Below, piece by piece: positions 29,989-40,668 of a stretch of DNA of 64,000 bases (within the stretch, counting starts at the first letter, position 1; the number at the start of each line of letters is the position of its first letter). The notes beneath the pieces are model-generated. The model had not been told where the DNA came from. It saw only the letters and a program-made list of their open reading frames with translations, and made no database searches. The DNA comes from Vicinamibacteria bacterium (GTDB lineage: Bacteria > Acidobacteriota > Vicinamibacteria > Marinacidobacterales > Marinacidobacteraceae): contig CAXXLQ010000004.1 in assembly GCA_963668695.2 (NCBI GenBank), positions 2,560,001-2,624,000 on the forward strand. The letters run 5' to 3'. The position numbers were made by a program, and so were the translations under genes.

Positions 29989-31188
29989 GGAACCCACCTC
30001 TCGCTCCCCCCCACCGACATCGAGTTCCTGCGCGACGTGGTCGGCGATGCCCGCATCGTCGCCCTCGGGGAGAACACGCGCGGCACCCGGGATTTCTTCG
30101 AGATGAAGACGCGCGTTCTGCGTTTCTTAGTGGAAGAGATGGGGTTCAGGACCTTCGCCATGCAGGTGAACTGGCCCGAAGCTCGGCGCGTGGATCGCTA
30201 CGTTCGCACCGGTCAGGGCGATCCGGACAAGCTGCTCGCCGGGCTCTACCACTGGTGGTGGAACACCGAGTCGGTGCTGGAAGTGATCGAGTGGATGCGG
30301 GAGCACAATGCTGCGGGGGGCGATGTGGGCTTTGCCGGGTTCGACATGCTGTTCTCCGGGATGCCACTCCACAATCTTCGGCTGTTCCTCCGCGAGGTGG
30401 AGCCGGTCGCGGCCGACAAGGTGACTGTCCAACTGAATTGCCTTGGCCGCTTCGCGAACGGTCCCGACGGTTGGCGTTCCTTCCCCGAATACGACGATCA
30501 GTCTTCCGAGTACCACGCCGCTTGCGGGGCCGCGCTCAATGAAACCTGGGATGGGTTCCTCTTGATGCGGGACAAATACGAAGCGCTGGTGGGCGAGGAG
30601 GACTACGAAGTGGCCCTCCAGAACCTGCGGTTGGCCGTTCAGTACCACCTTTGGACTGCTGACGAGCGGGGCCGTGGTGAATCCATGGCCGAGAACGTGG
30701 AATGGATCCGTCGCCGGAGCGGCCCCCAACATCGAATCCTGCTGTGGGCCGACAACTACCACGCTTCCACCGAGCCGGGGGGCATGGGGGCCCATCTGCG
30801 CGAGGCCTTCGGGGACGAGTTTCTGACGGTCGGATTCAGCCACGAGCGGGGCCGATTCGTCGGGGTGTACCGGAGCGAAACCCCCAATCCCGGGTTCGCC
30901 GCCTTCGACCTCGACGCTCCCATCGCGGGATCCTTCGAGCACTATTTGTCGAGCGCGTCCTACCCACAGTTCCTCCTCGACCTTCGCGATCTGGATGCCA
31001 TCCAGGTTGGAGGCGCCAGGTTTGCCGAGACGCGGGCCTTCCGATTCATCGGGATCAACTACGAGCCGGCGATGCCCGAGTCCTTTTGGGTCCAGACACC
31101 GCTCAGTGATTGGTACGACGTGCTCATCCACGTCAAGACCACCCGCCCTAGCGTGGTCCTGCCGCTCCGTTTTCCGCACTCGTTCTAG
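29989..31188 (+). pseudogene. Erythromycin esterase (Ere) family protein, 5'-truncated, with GExTHG changed to GENTRG
   Basis: ARIVALGENTRGTRDFF, LVEEMGFRTFA, GFDM, MAENVEW and LLWADNYH motifs; begins abruptly after the REP. Confidence 0.8.
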
Positions 31189-31313
31189 GGCTGCCACGCG
31201 TCCCCGGTTTACGGCGTTGCACGCGTAGTTGGCAAACCGCTCGCGTGCGCGACGGGAATCGGAGAAGGGAGACGACCGTACCCGGATTGCTGCCCAGGAA
31301 GCGGCCCCTGGCC

Positions 31314-31640
31314 TTGACTCGTCCGCTCTGGATCGCTGTCATCCTGATGCTCACCCAGGGATGCCAGGAAGACGCGGCGGTGGGGACGGTGCCGCAGCTT
31401 CCGCTAACAACTCTCCCGCCGGATCCGATACCGGTGTGGTTCGCGGACAACGCCCGACCCTTTGATGGTTCCCATCTGTTCCTTCCCCACACCGACATCG
31501 AGTTCCTCCGCGACATCGCGGGCGGCACGCGCATCGTCGCTCCGGGCGAAGCCACCCACGGCACGCGGGATTTCTTCGAGATGAGGCCCCGACTCCTCCG
31601 TTTCCTGGTGGAGGAAATGAGATTCAACACGTTCGCTATC
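31314..31640 (+). pseudogene. N-terminal fragment of a second Ere-family lipoprotein
   Basis: Lipobox TQG-C, then GSHLFLPHTDIEFLRDIAGGTRIVAPGEATHGTRDFFEM, homologous to 29989-30160; truncated. Confidence 0.8.
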
Positions 31641-31653
31641 GGGCCGGCTGGGT

Positions 31654-32638
31654 CTACCACGCCAGCAAGACTCCCACTCCGGCCGCCATCACACCCAGGA
31701 ACACCGGCGCGATGACCCGGAGGAGCGGGCGGGCGCCCAGTGCCGCCACCATTCCCATCTTGAAACCAGGTTGGCCAGGCCGGCCGTCAGAATGAGCTTC
31801 CCGGTTTGTGCGGGTGGGAGGCGCCCGTCATTCATCATGTTGGCGAGCGAGAGCGTGACGGCATCCACGTCGGTCAATCCGCTCAGAATGGCCACCCCGT
31901 AGAGTCCCGGGGAGCCGAGGACATCCTCGGCGAAAGCGATGAGCAGCAGGACGACTCCATAGAGCGCGGCGAAGACCAGGGCGGTCTTGAATTCCGCCGG
32001 GTTCCGGGGATTGGGAACCCGCTCGTGGTCGCGCCTCCTGGTGGTGAGGAACAGACCGATGGAAATCGCAGTCATGATTCCCAGGACAATCAGCACGGGC
32101 GGCGTAACAGCCAGGACGTGGCGGGGCGCCACGATCGCCACCTCGATGAGAATCCGCCCGAAGGCGACTGCAGACGCCGTGGTGATGACGAACGCCGCCA
32201 GCCGGGACACCGCCGGGTCTTCCGTGGTTCGCCTTGCGTAGGTGACGGTGGTGGCGGTGCTCGAGACCAGGCCTCCGAGAATGCCGCTGAGGCCCGCCCC
32301 GATCACGACCCCAATGGTCATGTCCCCGAGCATCAGGTACGCCCCGAGCGCATAGAGCAGCAAGGCGGCGACCGTGGTCGTCTGACCGACATCGGACAAG
32401 TGGTCGTGCTGTTCCAGATAGTCGGCAAGGGCAAAGAGGACCGCGATGGCGATCACGCCGGCCGCGACGGGCCAGGCCGCATCGAAGTGCCTGGCAATCA
32501 GCCCGGACAACGCGCCAAACAGCGCAATCAGGGAGAAGGTGCGGATCCCGGCGATCCGGGTTGGAATCGCTCTCGCTGCAGCCCCACCAGCAGGCCCAGG
32601 CCGAGCGCCACTCCCAACCTCGCGATATCACCGTACAT
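31654..32638 (-). pseudogene. MgtC/SapB-DUF4010 membrane protein with frameshifts and an internal deletion
   Basis: LGLGLLVGLQRE / IAGIRTF split by a frameshift; GGLVSSTATT and SGLTDVDAVTLS motifs; second frameshift near 31765. Confidence 0.8.
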
Positions 32639-32960
32639 TGCAGTATCGCTCCGGCGCTCCGGTCCAATTCGGCTCGGCGACTACCGTATCCGTGGCCCCT
32701 TCGGTAGATCGCAACCCGGATACTCGCCGGCGGACGCTGACGAGCGACCGGGGATCTCAGGTGACCCCCTCCGGGTCGGAGGCCACGGAGGAGGCGCCGA
32801 CCACGAGTCCTGCCGCGGGAGTGCCGTCCCCGCCGCGCTGGCCGCGCGGATGGCCCGGCTCCAGGTCGCTTTCGGGTCCGGTGGTGGGGGCCGGCGCACC
32901 CTGCGACTTTCACCGCCGGGCGGCCGGAACGCTAGGCTCGCGGGTCCGGACGGACCTTCG

Positions 32961-34553
32961 ATGCGCGAAATTGAGGCCAAGTTCCTGGCCCCCGGGGACC
33001 TGGGCAGATTGATTCCGGTCCTCTCGGAGCTGGGGTACCGCGCCCGAGCGCTTGATCCCCAGGAAATCGTTGATCGGTACCGCGACACCGCCGACTGGGA
33101 CATTTCGCAGGCCGGCTGGGCCTACCGCCGGCGGAAAGTGAACGGCGAGCAGATCGTGGCCCTGAAGCAACTGGGTTCGGAACGCGCCGTGGTGTGGATC
33201 CGGGTGGAATTCGAGCAGCGGGTCCCCGACCGGAAAGGCGACGACCGCCTCCTGCCCGCGGGGCCGGTCACCGACCGTCTCGGTCGGGTGGTGGGGAGGA
33301 AACCGACGCGGGAATTGTTCGAGGTTCGGAACCGGCGACTCCGGTACGGACTGACCCGCTGCGATGGGAGCGCGGTCTGCATTGAACTCGCCGTGGATCA
33401 CGTGGAGATCCGGGGGCGGCGCCGAACCCGTCGGGCGCCCGGCCGGCTCCGTTTCCGGGAGATCGAGTTCGAACTCCGAGACGGGCCCGAAAGCGCGCTG
33501 ATAGCGCTGGCAGAGCGGCTACCACGGAAGATCGAGCTGCTGCCGGCTCGCTGCAGTAAGTTCGAGCGGGGTCTTCAGACGATCGGTGTCCCGGACCCGC
33601 CCGACGCTACCCATCCGGCGCCACTGGGGCCCACGGATCGATGGGTTGACCTGGCCTTTGCGCACTTCCGCCGGCAAGCACGGGTTCTGCGGCGCGAGGA
33701 GCGTCGCGCCTGGGAGGGTCTGGACCCTGAAGGAGTGCACCAGATGCGCGTCGCCATGCGGCGCATCCGGGCTGCTTTGAAGGCCTTCGAGCCAGTCCTG
33801 CCGCCGCGCCGGGTACGGGGTCTGAACACCGAACTTCGTTGGGCCGGCCGGGCGCTGGGTGCGGTCCGTGACCTCGATGTCTATCACGAAGCGCTGAACC
33901 GCCACCTCAAGACGGTCTCGGCCGGCGAGGCTCGCCGACTGGCTCCGTATCGGATCTACCTGAATACTGTGGCGCAGCGCCGCCGGCGACGCCTGATCGC
34001 CACTCTGGGCAGTCGCCGGTTCCACCGGCTGCGGGAGCGTCTGGAGCGTTTCGCGGAGCGGGGGCCGTCGCAGGCGGCCACCCGTCGCTTCCGCGGGCTC
34101 TTGATCTCCGCTGCGGCGGGCCCGGCGGTGGAACGATGGCTGAAACGAGTGCTTCGCGGGGGCCGGGCCATCGACGGGAGCGCGACGGCGGAGCAGATGC
34201 ATGCCCTCCGAATCCAGAGCAAACAGCTTCGCTATCTGCTGGAGTTCGTCAGGATGCGGGGAGCGGCGGCGGGGGATCCGGCGCGGAGGCCGATCGAGGA
34301 GATAAAGAGGCTCCTGGACCTGATGGGCATCCATCAGGATGCAGTCGTCGCGGCGCGCCTGGCCCGGGGCTTTGCCGAAACCGTCGCCGCCGGCCCTGCG
34401 ACGCGGCCGCTGCTTGCGGCCCTCGAACGCCTGGCGCAGGTTCACGAGCAGCAACGGAGGAAACAGGAGGAACTCTTTTCGGAGGTTTGGAACCAGTTTG
34501 ACGAGGCGGTCTCGTCCGCCCGGCTGCCGGAGAGATTGCGCGCGGCGGGGTGA
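32961..34553 (+). CDS. CYTH + CHAD domain protein
   Basis: MREIEAKF (ExExK), EIEFEL, SKFERG; EGVHQMRVAMRRIR, LGAVRDLDV, HALRIQSKQLRYLLE motifs. Confidence 0.9.
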   Translation: MREIEAKFLAPGDLGRLIPVLSELGYRARALDPQEIVDRYRDTADWDISQAGWAYRRRKVNGEQIVALKQLGSERAVVWIRVEFEQRVPDRKGDDRLLPAGPVTDRLGRVVGRKPTRELFEVRNRRLRYGLTRCDGSAVCIELAVDHVEIRGRRRTRRAPGRLRFREIEFELRDGPESALIALAERLPRKIELLPARCSKFERGLQTIGVPDPPDATHPAPLGPTDRWVDLAFAHFRRQARVLRREERRAWEGLDPEGVHQMRVAMRRIRAALKAFEPVLPPRRVRGLNTELRWAGRALGAVRDLDVYHEALNRHLKTVSAGEARRLAPYRIYLNTVAQRRRRRLIATLGSRRFHRLRERLERFAERGPSQAATRRFRGLLISAAAGPAVERWLKRVLRGGRAIDGSATAEQMHALRIQSKQLRYLLEFVRMRGAAAGDPARRPIEEIKRLLDLMGIHQDAVVAARLARGFAETVAAGPATRPLLAALERLAQVHEQQRRKQEELFSEVWNQFDEAVSSARLPERLRAAG

Positions 34554-34770
34554 GCTGCTGGTCGGGCGCCCGTACCCGCGCTGCCCGCTCACGGACGTCC
34601 CCGCTTCCGAGGCCCGGACGGCGGGATTCGCGCCCGCCGGGATCTCGCGTCACGGCCGCAGCGGGTACCTGCGGGTACATCGCCCGGACGCTGCGGTGCG
34701 GACCCACCACGAAGGCCGGAGGTCCCTCAAGTCCGGTCGTTCTCCTCGGTCCGTGCAGATCGAGTTACGG

Positions 34771-34776
34771 TAGTAT
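34771..34776 (+). promoter_or_regulatory. -10 box (TAGTAT) for a probable leaderless antitoxin mRNA
   Basis: TAGTAT 6 nt before ATG 34783; no SD sequence. Confidence 0.45.
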
Positions 34777-34782
34777 GGTGTT

Positions 34783-35102
34783 ATGGCAATACAGAAGATG
34801 ACCTTCAGTCTCGACACCCTGACTGCGGCCCGCATCGGGGCGCTGTCCGAACAGCTTGGCAAGGCCAAGAGCGCGGTGGTTCGGGAGGCGGTGGCCCTCT
34901 ACAAGGAGCATTCCGACCGCGTCAGCGAGACGGAACGGGCGGAACGGGTCCGGGTATTTCGCGAGTTCCTTCAGCAGGTCCCCCGGCACCGTCGCACGAG
35001 GCCGCCAGGGCGGAACTTCGGGAAATCCAGCTTGCCCGCCGTAGCGGCGGACGGCGCACTTCGCCCGGTCATGATCGTCCTCGACACCTCCATCCTCATT
35101 GA
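34783..35102 (+). pseudogene. Ribbon-helix-helix antitoxin, frameshifted in the C-run near 34980
   Basis: KMTFSLD...KSAVVREAV; the natural C-terminus AELREIQLARRSGGR lies in another frame. Confidence 0.65.
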
Positions 35103-35457
35103 CGCCCTCACCGAGGCGCGTCCGCTGGCGGGCGCTCTGGAGAGGCTTCTCGACTCGGGCGAGCCGGGTCTCGGTGCCGACTCCCGTGCTCTACGAATGG
35201 CTGCGGGGCCCCAGGAAGCCGAGGGACTCGAGGTGCAGCGGTTTCTGTTCCCCGACGAACGGGCGATCGTCTTCGGCCCCGCCGAAGCCCGGGTCGCTGC
35301 CGACCTGTATCGGATCCTTCCCCGCGCGCGGGGCAGAGAAACGGAGTTCGCCATCGCCGCCTGTGCGCTGACCCAGGAAGGCCGTCTGTGGACTACCAAC
35401 GAGCAGGACTTCCGGGATATCCCCGGCCTATCGCTCTTCGACGGGACCGACCCGTAG
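35071..35457 (+). pseudogene. vapC: VapC (PIN) toxin with two compensating frameshifts
   Basis: MIVLDTSILID, IAACAL, LWTTNEQDFRDIPGL; the expected VLYEWLRG segment is out of frame (35165-35215). Confidence 0.75.
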
Positions 35458-35493
35458 CGGCGGCGGCCGGCCGACGTTACCCGTCGCCCTGCG

Positions 35494-36491
35494 TCAGGGC
35501 CTCGGCAAGTGCTTCTTCGGGAACATGGCGACCACGGTGTAGTTCGGATCCACCACGTTCCCGATGCGCGCCTTGCCGAGCTGCGACAGGAGTTGCAGCG
35601 CCTCCCAGCGGTCGAGCCCGTATTCCCCCTCGAGCCAGAGGATCATCTCCGTGTGGGCGATGCGGAAAGCGTCCATGAGCGGGCGCACGGAGCCCGCGAC
35701 CATGATGTATTCGTCGTTCTCGATCCGGGGCCAGGCGATGGACTTCCCCTTGATCACGTTGAACTCGAAAGTCACCTCGGCGGTGGTTTCGAGCCCGGTG
35801 CCGGTGATCTCCCCCTCGCCCTGCAGGGCGTGGACGTCGCCGAAATAGAAGTAGGCGCCCGGCTCGAACACCGGGAGGTACACGGTCACCCCCTCGCGAA
35901 TCTCCGGGGTGTCCATGTTGCCCCCGAAGTTGCCGGGAGCGGCGTTCCAGATCACTTCGCCCCGGTCCGGGGCCACGGCCATTCGCCCGAGCATGGGCGA
36001 AAGCTCCACGGTGACGGGATCCTTGCCGCTCGCCGGGAGCGCGAGGGTCCCGGTGTTCGCCTCGAGGTCCAGCTCCCATTCGAAGCGGCGCTGGGGTACC
36101 GGCTCGTGGAGCATCGCCGTCTGGGGTGTCATGGTGAGCGCTGCGAATCCGGGGAGGTCCCCGAATACGCCCGGTCGCGGTTGAGTTCGAGCCGGATGAC
36201 CCGGATGATCAGGGTGTCGCCGCGCTCCGAACCCTCGATGTAGATCGGCCCGACTTCCCCGGCCCGGTCCCGCTCCCCCTCGGGCAGGAACGCGCCGTTC
36301 ATGGTCTCGCTGATCAGCGTGTCCCCGGGAGCCAGCCGGACGACCGGCTCCCGGACCGCGAAGCTCTGGACGCCGCGCTCCGGGATATAGGTGTGGGTCT
36401 GTCCCTGCGCGGCCGCCGAGAACGGCGCCAGTAGCAGAACCGGTAGGACCGCTGCGAAACGGTGGGTCGGGGTCGGGGAAGCGGTACGCAT
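35494..36491 (-). pseudogene. Acetamidase/formamidase family protein, frameshifted near 36150
   Basis: VGPIYIEGSERGDTL in 36129..36491; GGNMD and GDVHALQGEGEI.GTGLE in 35494..36132. Confidence 0.85.
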
Positions 36492-36530
36492 GGCCCCGAT
36501 TCTACGGAGGAAGCCCGCTGGCCAGTCCCG

Positions 36531-36673
36531 TCAGCGCGCGAGCGAGAACGGGTGGATCCGCCAGAAGTGAGCCCGGTAGCTAAGGACGGTGAACTCGATC
36601 CGCTCCCCTGGGGGAGACCAGGCGGGCTGGGTCTTGCCGGTGGGGTCCGAAGTGATTTGTTCCGGATCTCCAC
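36531..36673 (-). repeat. Displaced, diverged copy of the last ~143 bp of the TolB-like gene
   Basis: Encodes GDPEQITSDPTGKTQPAWSP...SYRAHFWRIHPFSLAR*, matching 38353-38495. Confidence 0.9.
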
Positions 36674-36970
36674 AAGTAGACCCCCTTGGTAAGTCGGGAG
36701 AGCGTCCCGCTGGCATCTTTGAATCGGCCTTCTGCTCGTTGGCTGCGGGGGAGGCGTGGACGGCAAACCCATCCCACCCGCAGCCTCACCGGAACCGCCC
36801 GCCGTTCGGCAGCCGGAAGCGAAACGGTGCAGGTGCGAGGGGTCGAGGTTGTGGAGGTCGGCCCAGACTTCATTCGGTGGAGGTGGCTTCCCGTGGAGGG
36901 CGCGAGGGGCTATTAGGCCCGGACGGTGTATTCGAATACCACCCAGAGGTAGCGCCGCCGATGCCGGCGC

Positions 36971-36999
36971 TTGATTCCGCGCGAGGCATGGATTATCTT
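36971..36999 (+). promoter_or_regulatory. Sigma70-type promoter of the vapBC pair, with TCTTACT direct repeat as candidate operator
   Basis: TTGATT-17nt-TATCTT; TCTTACT twice at 36996-37013; GGAGG RBS. Confidence 0.55.
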
Positions 37000-37034
37000 A
37001 CTTTCGTCTTACTCCACATCGCCGGAGGTTCACG

Positions 37035-37310
37035 ATGTCCGGGTTCCACCCTCCTACTACCACCCTTTCGACCAAGGGGCAGGTCATCCTGCCAAAACCA
37101 ATTCGCGAAGCGCTCGGTTGGGATGCGGGGGCGCGGCTGATCGTCGAGCGCACTCCCGAGGGCGTGTTGCTGAAACCCGTGTCGGGCTTCCCGGGGACCC
37201 ACCCCGACGACGTTTTTGGATGCCTCGACTTCGACGGCGCGCCGAAGTCGCTGGCGGAGATGGAAGCGGGGATTGTGGCGGAAGCCAGGCGGCGCCATGC
37301 GGACGGTTGA
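37035..37310 (+). CDS. AbrB/MazE/SpoVT-family antitoxin
   Basis: TTLSTKGQVILPKPIREALGW..G..L...GVLLKP. Confidence 0.9.
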   Translation: MSGFHPPTTTLSTKGQVILPKPIREALGWDAGARLIVERTPEGVLLKPVSGFPGTHPDDVFGCLDFDGAPKSLAEMEAGIVAEARRRHADG

Positions 37311-37683
37311 TACCAACGTTGTCGTCCGCTTTCTGACCGGCGATGACCCGGAGCAGGCGGCCCGCGCGAGGGATGTGTTCACCGCGGGGCCGGTCTTTGT
37401 GAGCACAACCGTCCTCCTCGAAAGCGACTGGGTGCTGCGCAGTGCCTACGGTTTCCCCCGAACCGAGGTTGCGGCGGCGCTGCGAGCCTTGGCGGGCCTC
37501 GCGGACGTAACGGTAGAGAATCCTGTCCTGCTTGCCGAAGCCCTGGACCGCACGGAGCGGGGGATGGATTTCGCCGACGCGCTTCACCTCGGCGCCGCGG
37601 TGCGGTGCGAATCAATGCTGACCTTCGACCAACGGTTCATCCAGGCTGCTGAAGGCGCCCCCGTCAGAGTCCGCGAGCCCTGA
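37297..37683 (+). CDS. vapC: VapC (PIN domain) toxin
   Basis: VDTNVVVRFL, VLLESDWVL, DFADALH and TFD motifs; overlaps the antitoxin. Confidence 0.9.
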   Translation: MRTVDTNVVVRFLTGDDPEQAARARDVFTAGPVFVSTTVLLESDWVLRSAYGFPRTEVAAALRALAGLADVTVENPVLLAEALDRTERGMDFADALHLGAAVRCESMLTFDQRFIQAAEGAPVRVREP

Positions 37684-38246
37684 ATCCGGGGGCGAGACCA
37701 GGTTCGCAACCGCGGGCACGGAGCCCCCACCGGGAGATCTGGCGCCAATCCCCGGGGCAGCCCTCTCGGTGGCGCGCGGCACGCGGGAGCGCGAAAGTAG
37801 CGCCGATGACGTTGCGCCCCGTCAACGCGAATACCGCGCGCGCTCCTCAGCCGTGGGTGCGGGGTCTACCGTGGAGCGAGCGCGTCAACCTGAGCCGCCA
37901 AACGGCTCGTCCGGGACACAAATCCGAGTGATCCGGATCACCGTGAACCGTCTTGACCCGGAAAGGCTATTGGCCAACGCGAGCCGCTCCACGGCGCTCG
38001 AGGTGTACCTGAACGAGTCTGACCCGGGTCCCACGTGCCGGAACCGGCTCGTCGAGGTCTTGCGGTTCCGGATTCCCGTCCCGGAACCCTCCGGGTTCAC
38101 GACGTCCGCGCGCTGAACCGTTCAGAGGCGGGGGCGGCGCGGACCGCCGGAAATCCGATCCGCTCATCGGGGGCACGACGCTCGACCCCGGGAAAGGGGT
38201 CGTGAAGATCGTGTCGTCCCGCAGCGACGCTGCGCCTCCGCAGCCC

Positions 38247-38300
38247 TCAGCGCGCGAGTGAGAACGGGTGGATCCGCCAGAAGTGGGCCCGGTAGCTGAA
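38247..38300 (-). repeat. Third copy (54 bp) of the TolB-like gene 3' end
   Basis: Encodes FSYRAHFWRIHPFSLAR*. Confidence 0.85.
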
Positions 38301-38352
38301 CACGGGGTTCTTCCGATCTTCTGCAATCGGTTCGTTGTCCGGGTAGGGAGGA

Positions 38353-40137
38353 TCAGCGCCGGAGCGAGAACGGGCGGATACGCCAGAAGTGGGCCCGGTA
38401 GCTGAAGACGGTGAACGCGATCCGGTCGCCGAGCGGTGACCACGCGGGCTGGGTCTTGTGGGTGGGGTCCGAAGTGATCTGTTCCGGATCTCCACCGCCG
38501 AGCGGCACCCGGAAGACCTGAAAGAAGCCGTCGCCGGCGCGGTCGATGTAGGCCGCCCACCGGCCGTCCGGCGAGACCCCGATCCCGGAATGGATCTGGT
38601 CCGACCCGAACTCGTGGAAGCGGGCCGGCTCGCCGCCGGCGCGCGGGACCGTCCAGAGGCTCTTCCTGCCCACTGCCTCGGCGGCTTCGAAGAGGAGGGT
38701 CTCGCCTGAATCCGCCCACTCGGCCTGGATTACGTCCTGGTCGAAACCCCCGAGAGGCACCTGTTGCTGGCGTGCGGTCACTTCGCCCGTCTCCTGGTCC
38801 ACGCCGATGACGTAGAGGCCGCCGTGCCGGGCGCCGGATTCGTCCCGCCGGTAGCTCGTGAAGACCACGAAACGGCCGTCGGGGGACCAGCGCGCCCACC
38901 CGGTTTCGTGACCGTCCAGGCTGATCTGCCGGGCTCCGCTCCCGTCCGCCGCCATGAGCCAGATGTCGTCCGATTCCTCGTGGGTGTGGAAGACGATCCA
39001 GCGCCCGTTCGGCGACCACTGCATGCCCTGATCTTCGGAGTACGACTGCCGCACGATGCGCTGCGGTTCCCGGTGCGGCGTCTCGACGCTCACCGGAACC
39101 GTGCCGAGGTGCTGGGCGATGTCCGGATAGTGGATGTCGTCCGTTACGTGCCGCCAGCTTCCGTAGGTGAAGGCGATCTCGCTGCCGTCCGGACTCCACG
39201 TGGGAGTCTCCGACTGGAACGCGGTCAGCGGTTCGGAGGGTCCGCCGTCCGCCGGGGCGGTCGCCAGGAAGACCCGGTAGTCCTGGCTCTTGAACACGAC
39301 CTCGCCGCCCGCGCCCGCCGAAGGGGAATAGGCGTCGCGCGCGAATCTGGTGAGCCGGGTGCGCCGGCCACCGCTGACGCGGCGCATCCAGAGGTCGAGG
39401 AAGCCGCCCTCGCCCGGAACCCCGTAGATCACCCACTCCCCGTCCGGCGAGAAGGCGATGCGTCCGAAGGCTTCCTGATCGTCGAAGAGCGGTTCGGGCG
39501 CGGAACAGGGCAGATGCAGGTGCTGGCGCTGTCCGGTGCGGACGAGGCACGCGATCTGTCCATCGGGCGACCAGGCCGGGAAGGACAGCTGGTCTCCGCG
39601 GGCTTGCGGCGCCGCGTTCCCGCCGGCGGCGTCGAGGACCCAGAGTTGCGAAACGCCGTCGGCCCGGGTCACCCCGGCGACTGCGGAGCCGTCCACGGAC
39701 CAGCTCAATTGGCCCAGCGCCCCGGTTGCCGGCGCGGCGTCCGCCGGGCGATCGGGCCACAGCGGACTCCGGCTGCCGTCGGCCCGGTCGTAGATCCACC
39801 ACTCCTGGCGGCTGTGGTCGAAGACGTTCTCGTGAACCAGCACCCGGCGGCTGTCCGGGAACCAGGTCAGGTAGCGGATGGACGCCGTGCCCGGGCCGAG
39901 ACGCTGCGCCGCCCCTCCCGCAGCCGGGGCGAAGCGGATCTGACCCCGCTCCAGCGATGCCAGCCAGTTCCCGTCCGGTGAAATGGCCCCGACCGGGTCG
40001 CGGTAGGCGACCGGACCGGCCTGATCCGCGGTGGCGAGATAGTGAAGCGGTGGGAGCGTTCCCCGCTCGGGACGGTCTCCGCCGCACGCGGCGATCAGGA
40101 GAAGGGTTGCGCAGCCGAGGTGAGGGATTCCAGGCAT
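38353..40137 (-). CDS. TolB-like / PD40 beta-propeller lipoprotein
   Basis: Lipobox IAA-C; many WSPDG/FSPDG repeats. Confidence 0.85.
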   Translation of the reverse strand: MPGIPHLGCATLLLIAACGGDRPERGTLPPLHYLATADQAGPVAYRDPVGAISPDGNWLASLERGQIRFAPAAGGAAQRLGPGTASIRYLTWFPDSRRVLVHENVFDHSRQEWWIYDRADGSRSPLWPDRPADAAPATGALGQLSWSVDGSAVAGVTRADGVSQLWVLDAAGGNAAPQARGDQLSFPAWSPDGQIACLVRTGQRQHLHLPCSAPEPLFDDQEAFGRIAFSPDGEWVIYGVPGEGGFLDLWMRRVSGGRRTRLTRFARDAYSPSAGAGGEVVFKSQDYRVFLATAPADGGPSEPLTAFQSETPTWSPDGSEIAFTYGSWRHVTDDIHYPDIAQHLGTVPVSVETPHREPQRIVRQSYSEDQGMQWSPNGRWIVFHTHEESDDIWLMAADGSGARQISLDGHETGWARWSPDGRFVVFTSYRRDESGARHGGLYVIGVDQETGEVTARQQQVPLGGFDQDVIQAEWADSGETLLFEAAEAVGRKSLWTVPRAGGEPARFHEFGSDQIHSGIGVSPDGRWAAYIDRAGDGFFQVFRVPLGGGDPEQITSDPTHKTQPAWSPLGDRIAFTVFSYRAHFWRIRPFSLRR

Positions 40138-40169
40138 GCGGGGAATCCTATGGGGGGAGGGGGAAGAAC

Positions 40170-40410
40170 TCTGCGCGCGCTTCTTCTCAAGGGGCGATGG
40201 GAGTTTCGCCCGCTACGCGGGCGATGCCGGTGTGAACACCGGCGCTCCCAGCCGCCGCGCGCTTCTTCTCGGGGGGCGATGGGAGTTTCGCGGCCTTTGG
40301 CCGCGATGCCGGTCTGAAGTCCGGCGCTCCTACCCCGCGCTTCTTCTCGGGGGGCGATGGGAGTTTCGCCCGCTACGTGGACGATGCCGGTGTGAACACC
40401 GGCGCTCCTA
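40170..40410. repeat. Family-C REP-like tandem repeat, three ~80 bp units
   Basis: GATGCCGGTGTGAACACCGGCGCTCC hairpins, repeated. Confidence 0.8.
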
Positions 40411-40668
40411 GCCCTTGGCTACCAGGCGGGAGAGGCGGGACTTGGTGCGGGCCGCGGCGTTTCTGTGAAGGACCCGGCGGCTCGCCATCCGATCCAACAG
40501 GGCGATGGTCTCCGGCAGCTTCTGCTGACTGGTTTCCTGATCGCCGGCGGCGACGGCGGCGCGGAGGCTCTTGATCGCGGTTCGCAGGCGGCTCCGATGG
40601 TGCCGAGTGCGGAGGCGCTGCTCCTCACTCTGGCGAACGCGTTTCTTCGCGGATTTGCTGTGGGCCAT
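40408..40668 (-). CDS. rpsT: 30S ribosomal protein S20
   Basis: MAHSKSAKKRVRQSE...RSRLRTAIK...LHRNAAARTKSRL. Confidence 0.97.
   Translation of the reverse strand: MAHSKSAKKRVRQSEEQRLRTRHHRSRLRTAIKSLRAAVAAGDQETSQQKLPETIALLDRMASRRVLHRNAAARTKSRLSRLVAKG

Noticed and set aside
29989-31188. Functional macrolide-resistance gene
   Set aside because: It is 5'-truncated with the conserved His replaced, and Ere-family membership alone does not imply resistance.
31806-32960. Long N-terminal extension of the 915-aa CYTH-CHAD ORF, and other long antisense ORFs (e.g. 1200-2975, 28179-30161, 57965-59596)
   Set aside because: These are shadow frames of real genes on the opposite strand; CYTH homology starts at 32961.
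34783-35457. Genuine antitoxin-toxin fusion protein
   Set aside because: The antitoxin C-terminus and part of VapC lie in other frames; frameshifts explain the read-through.
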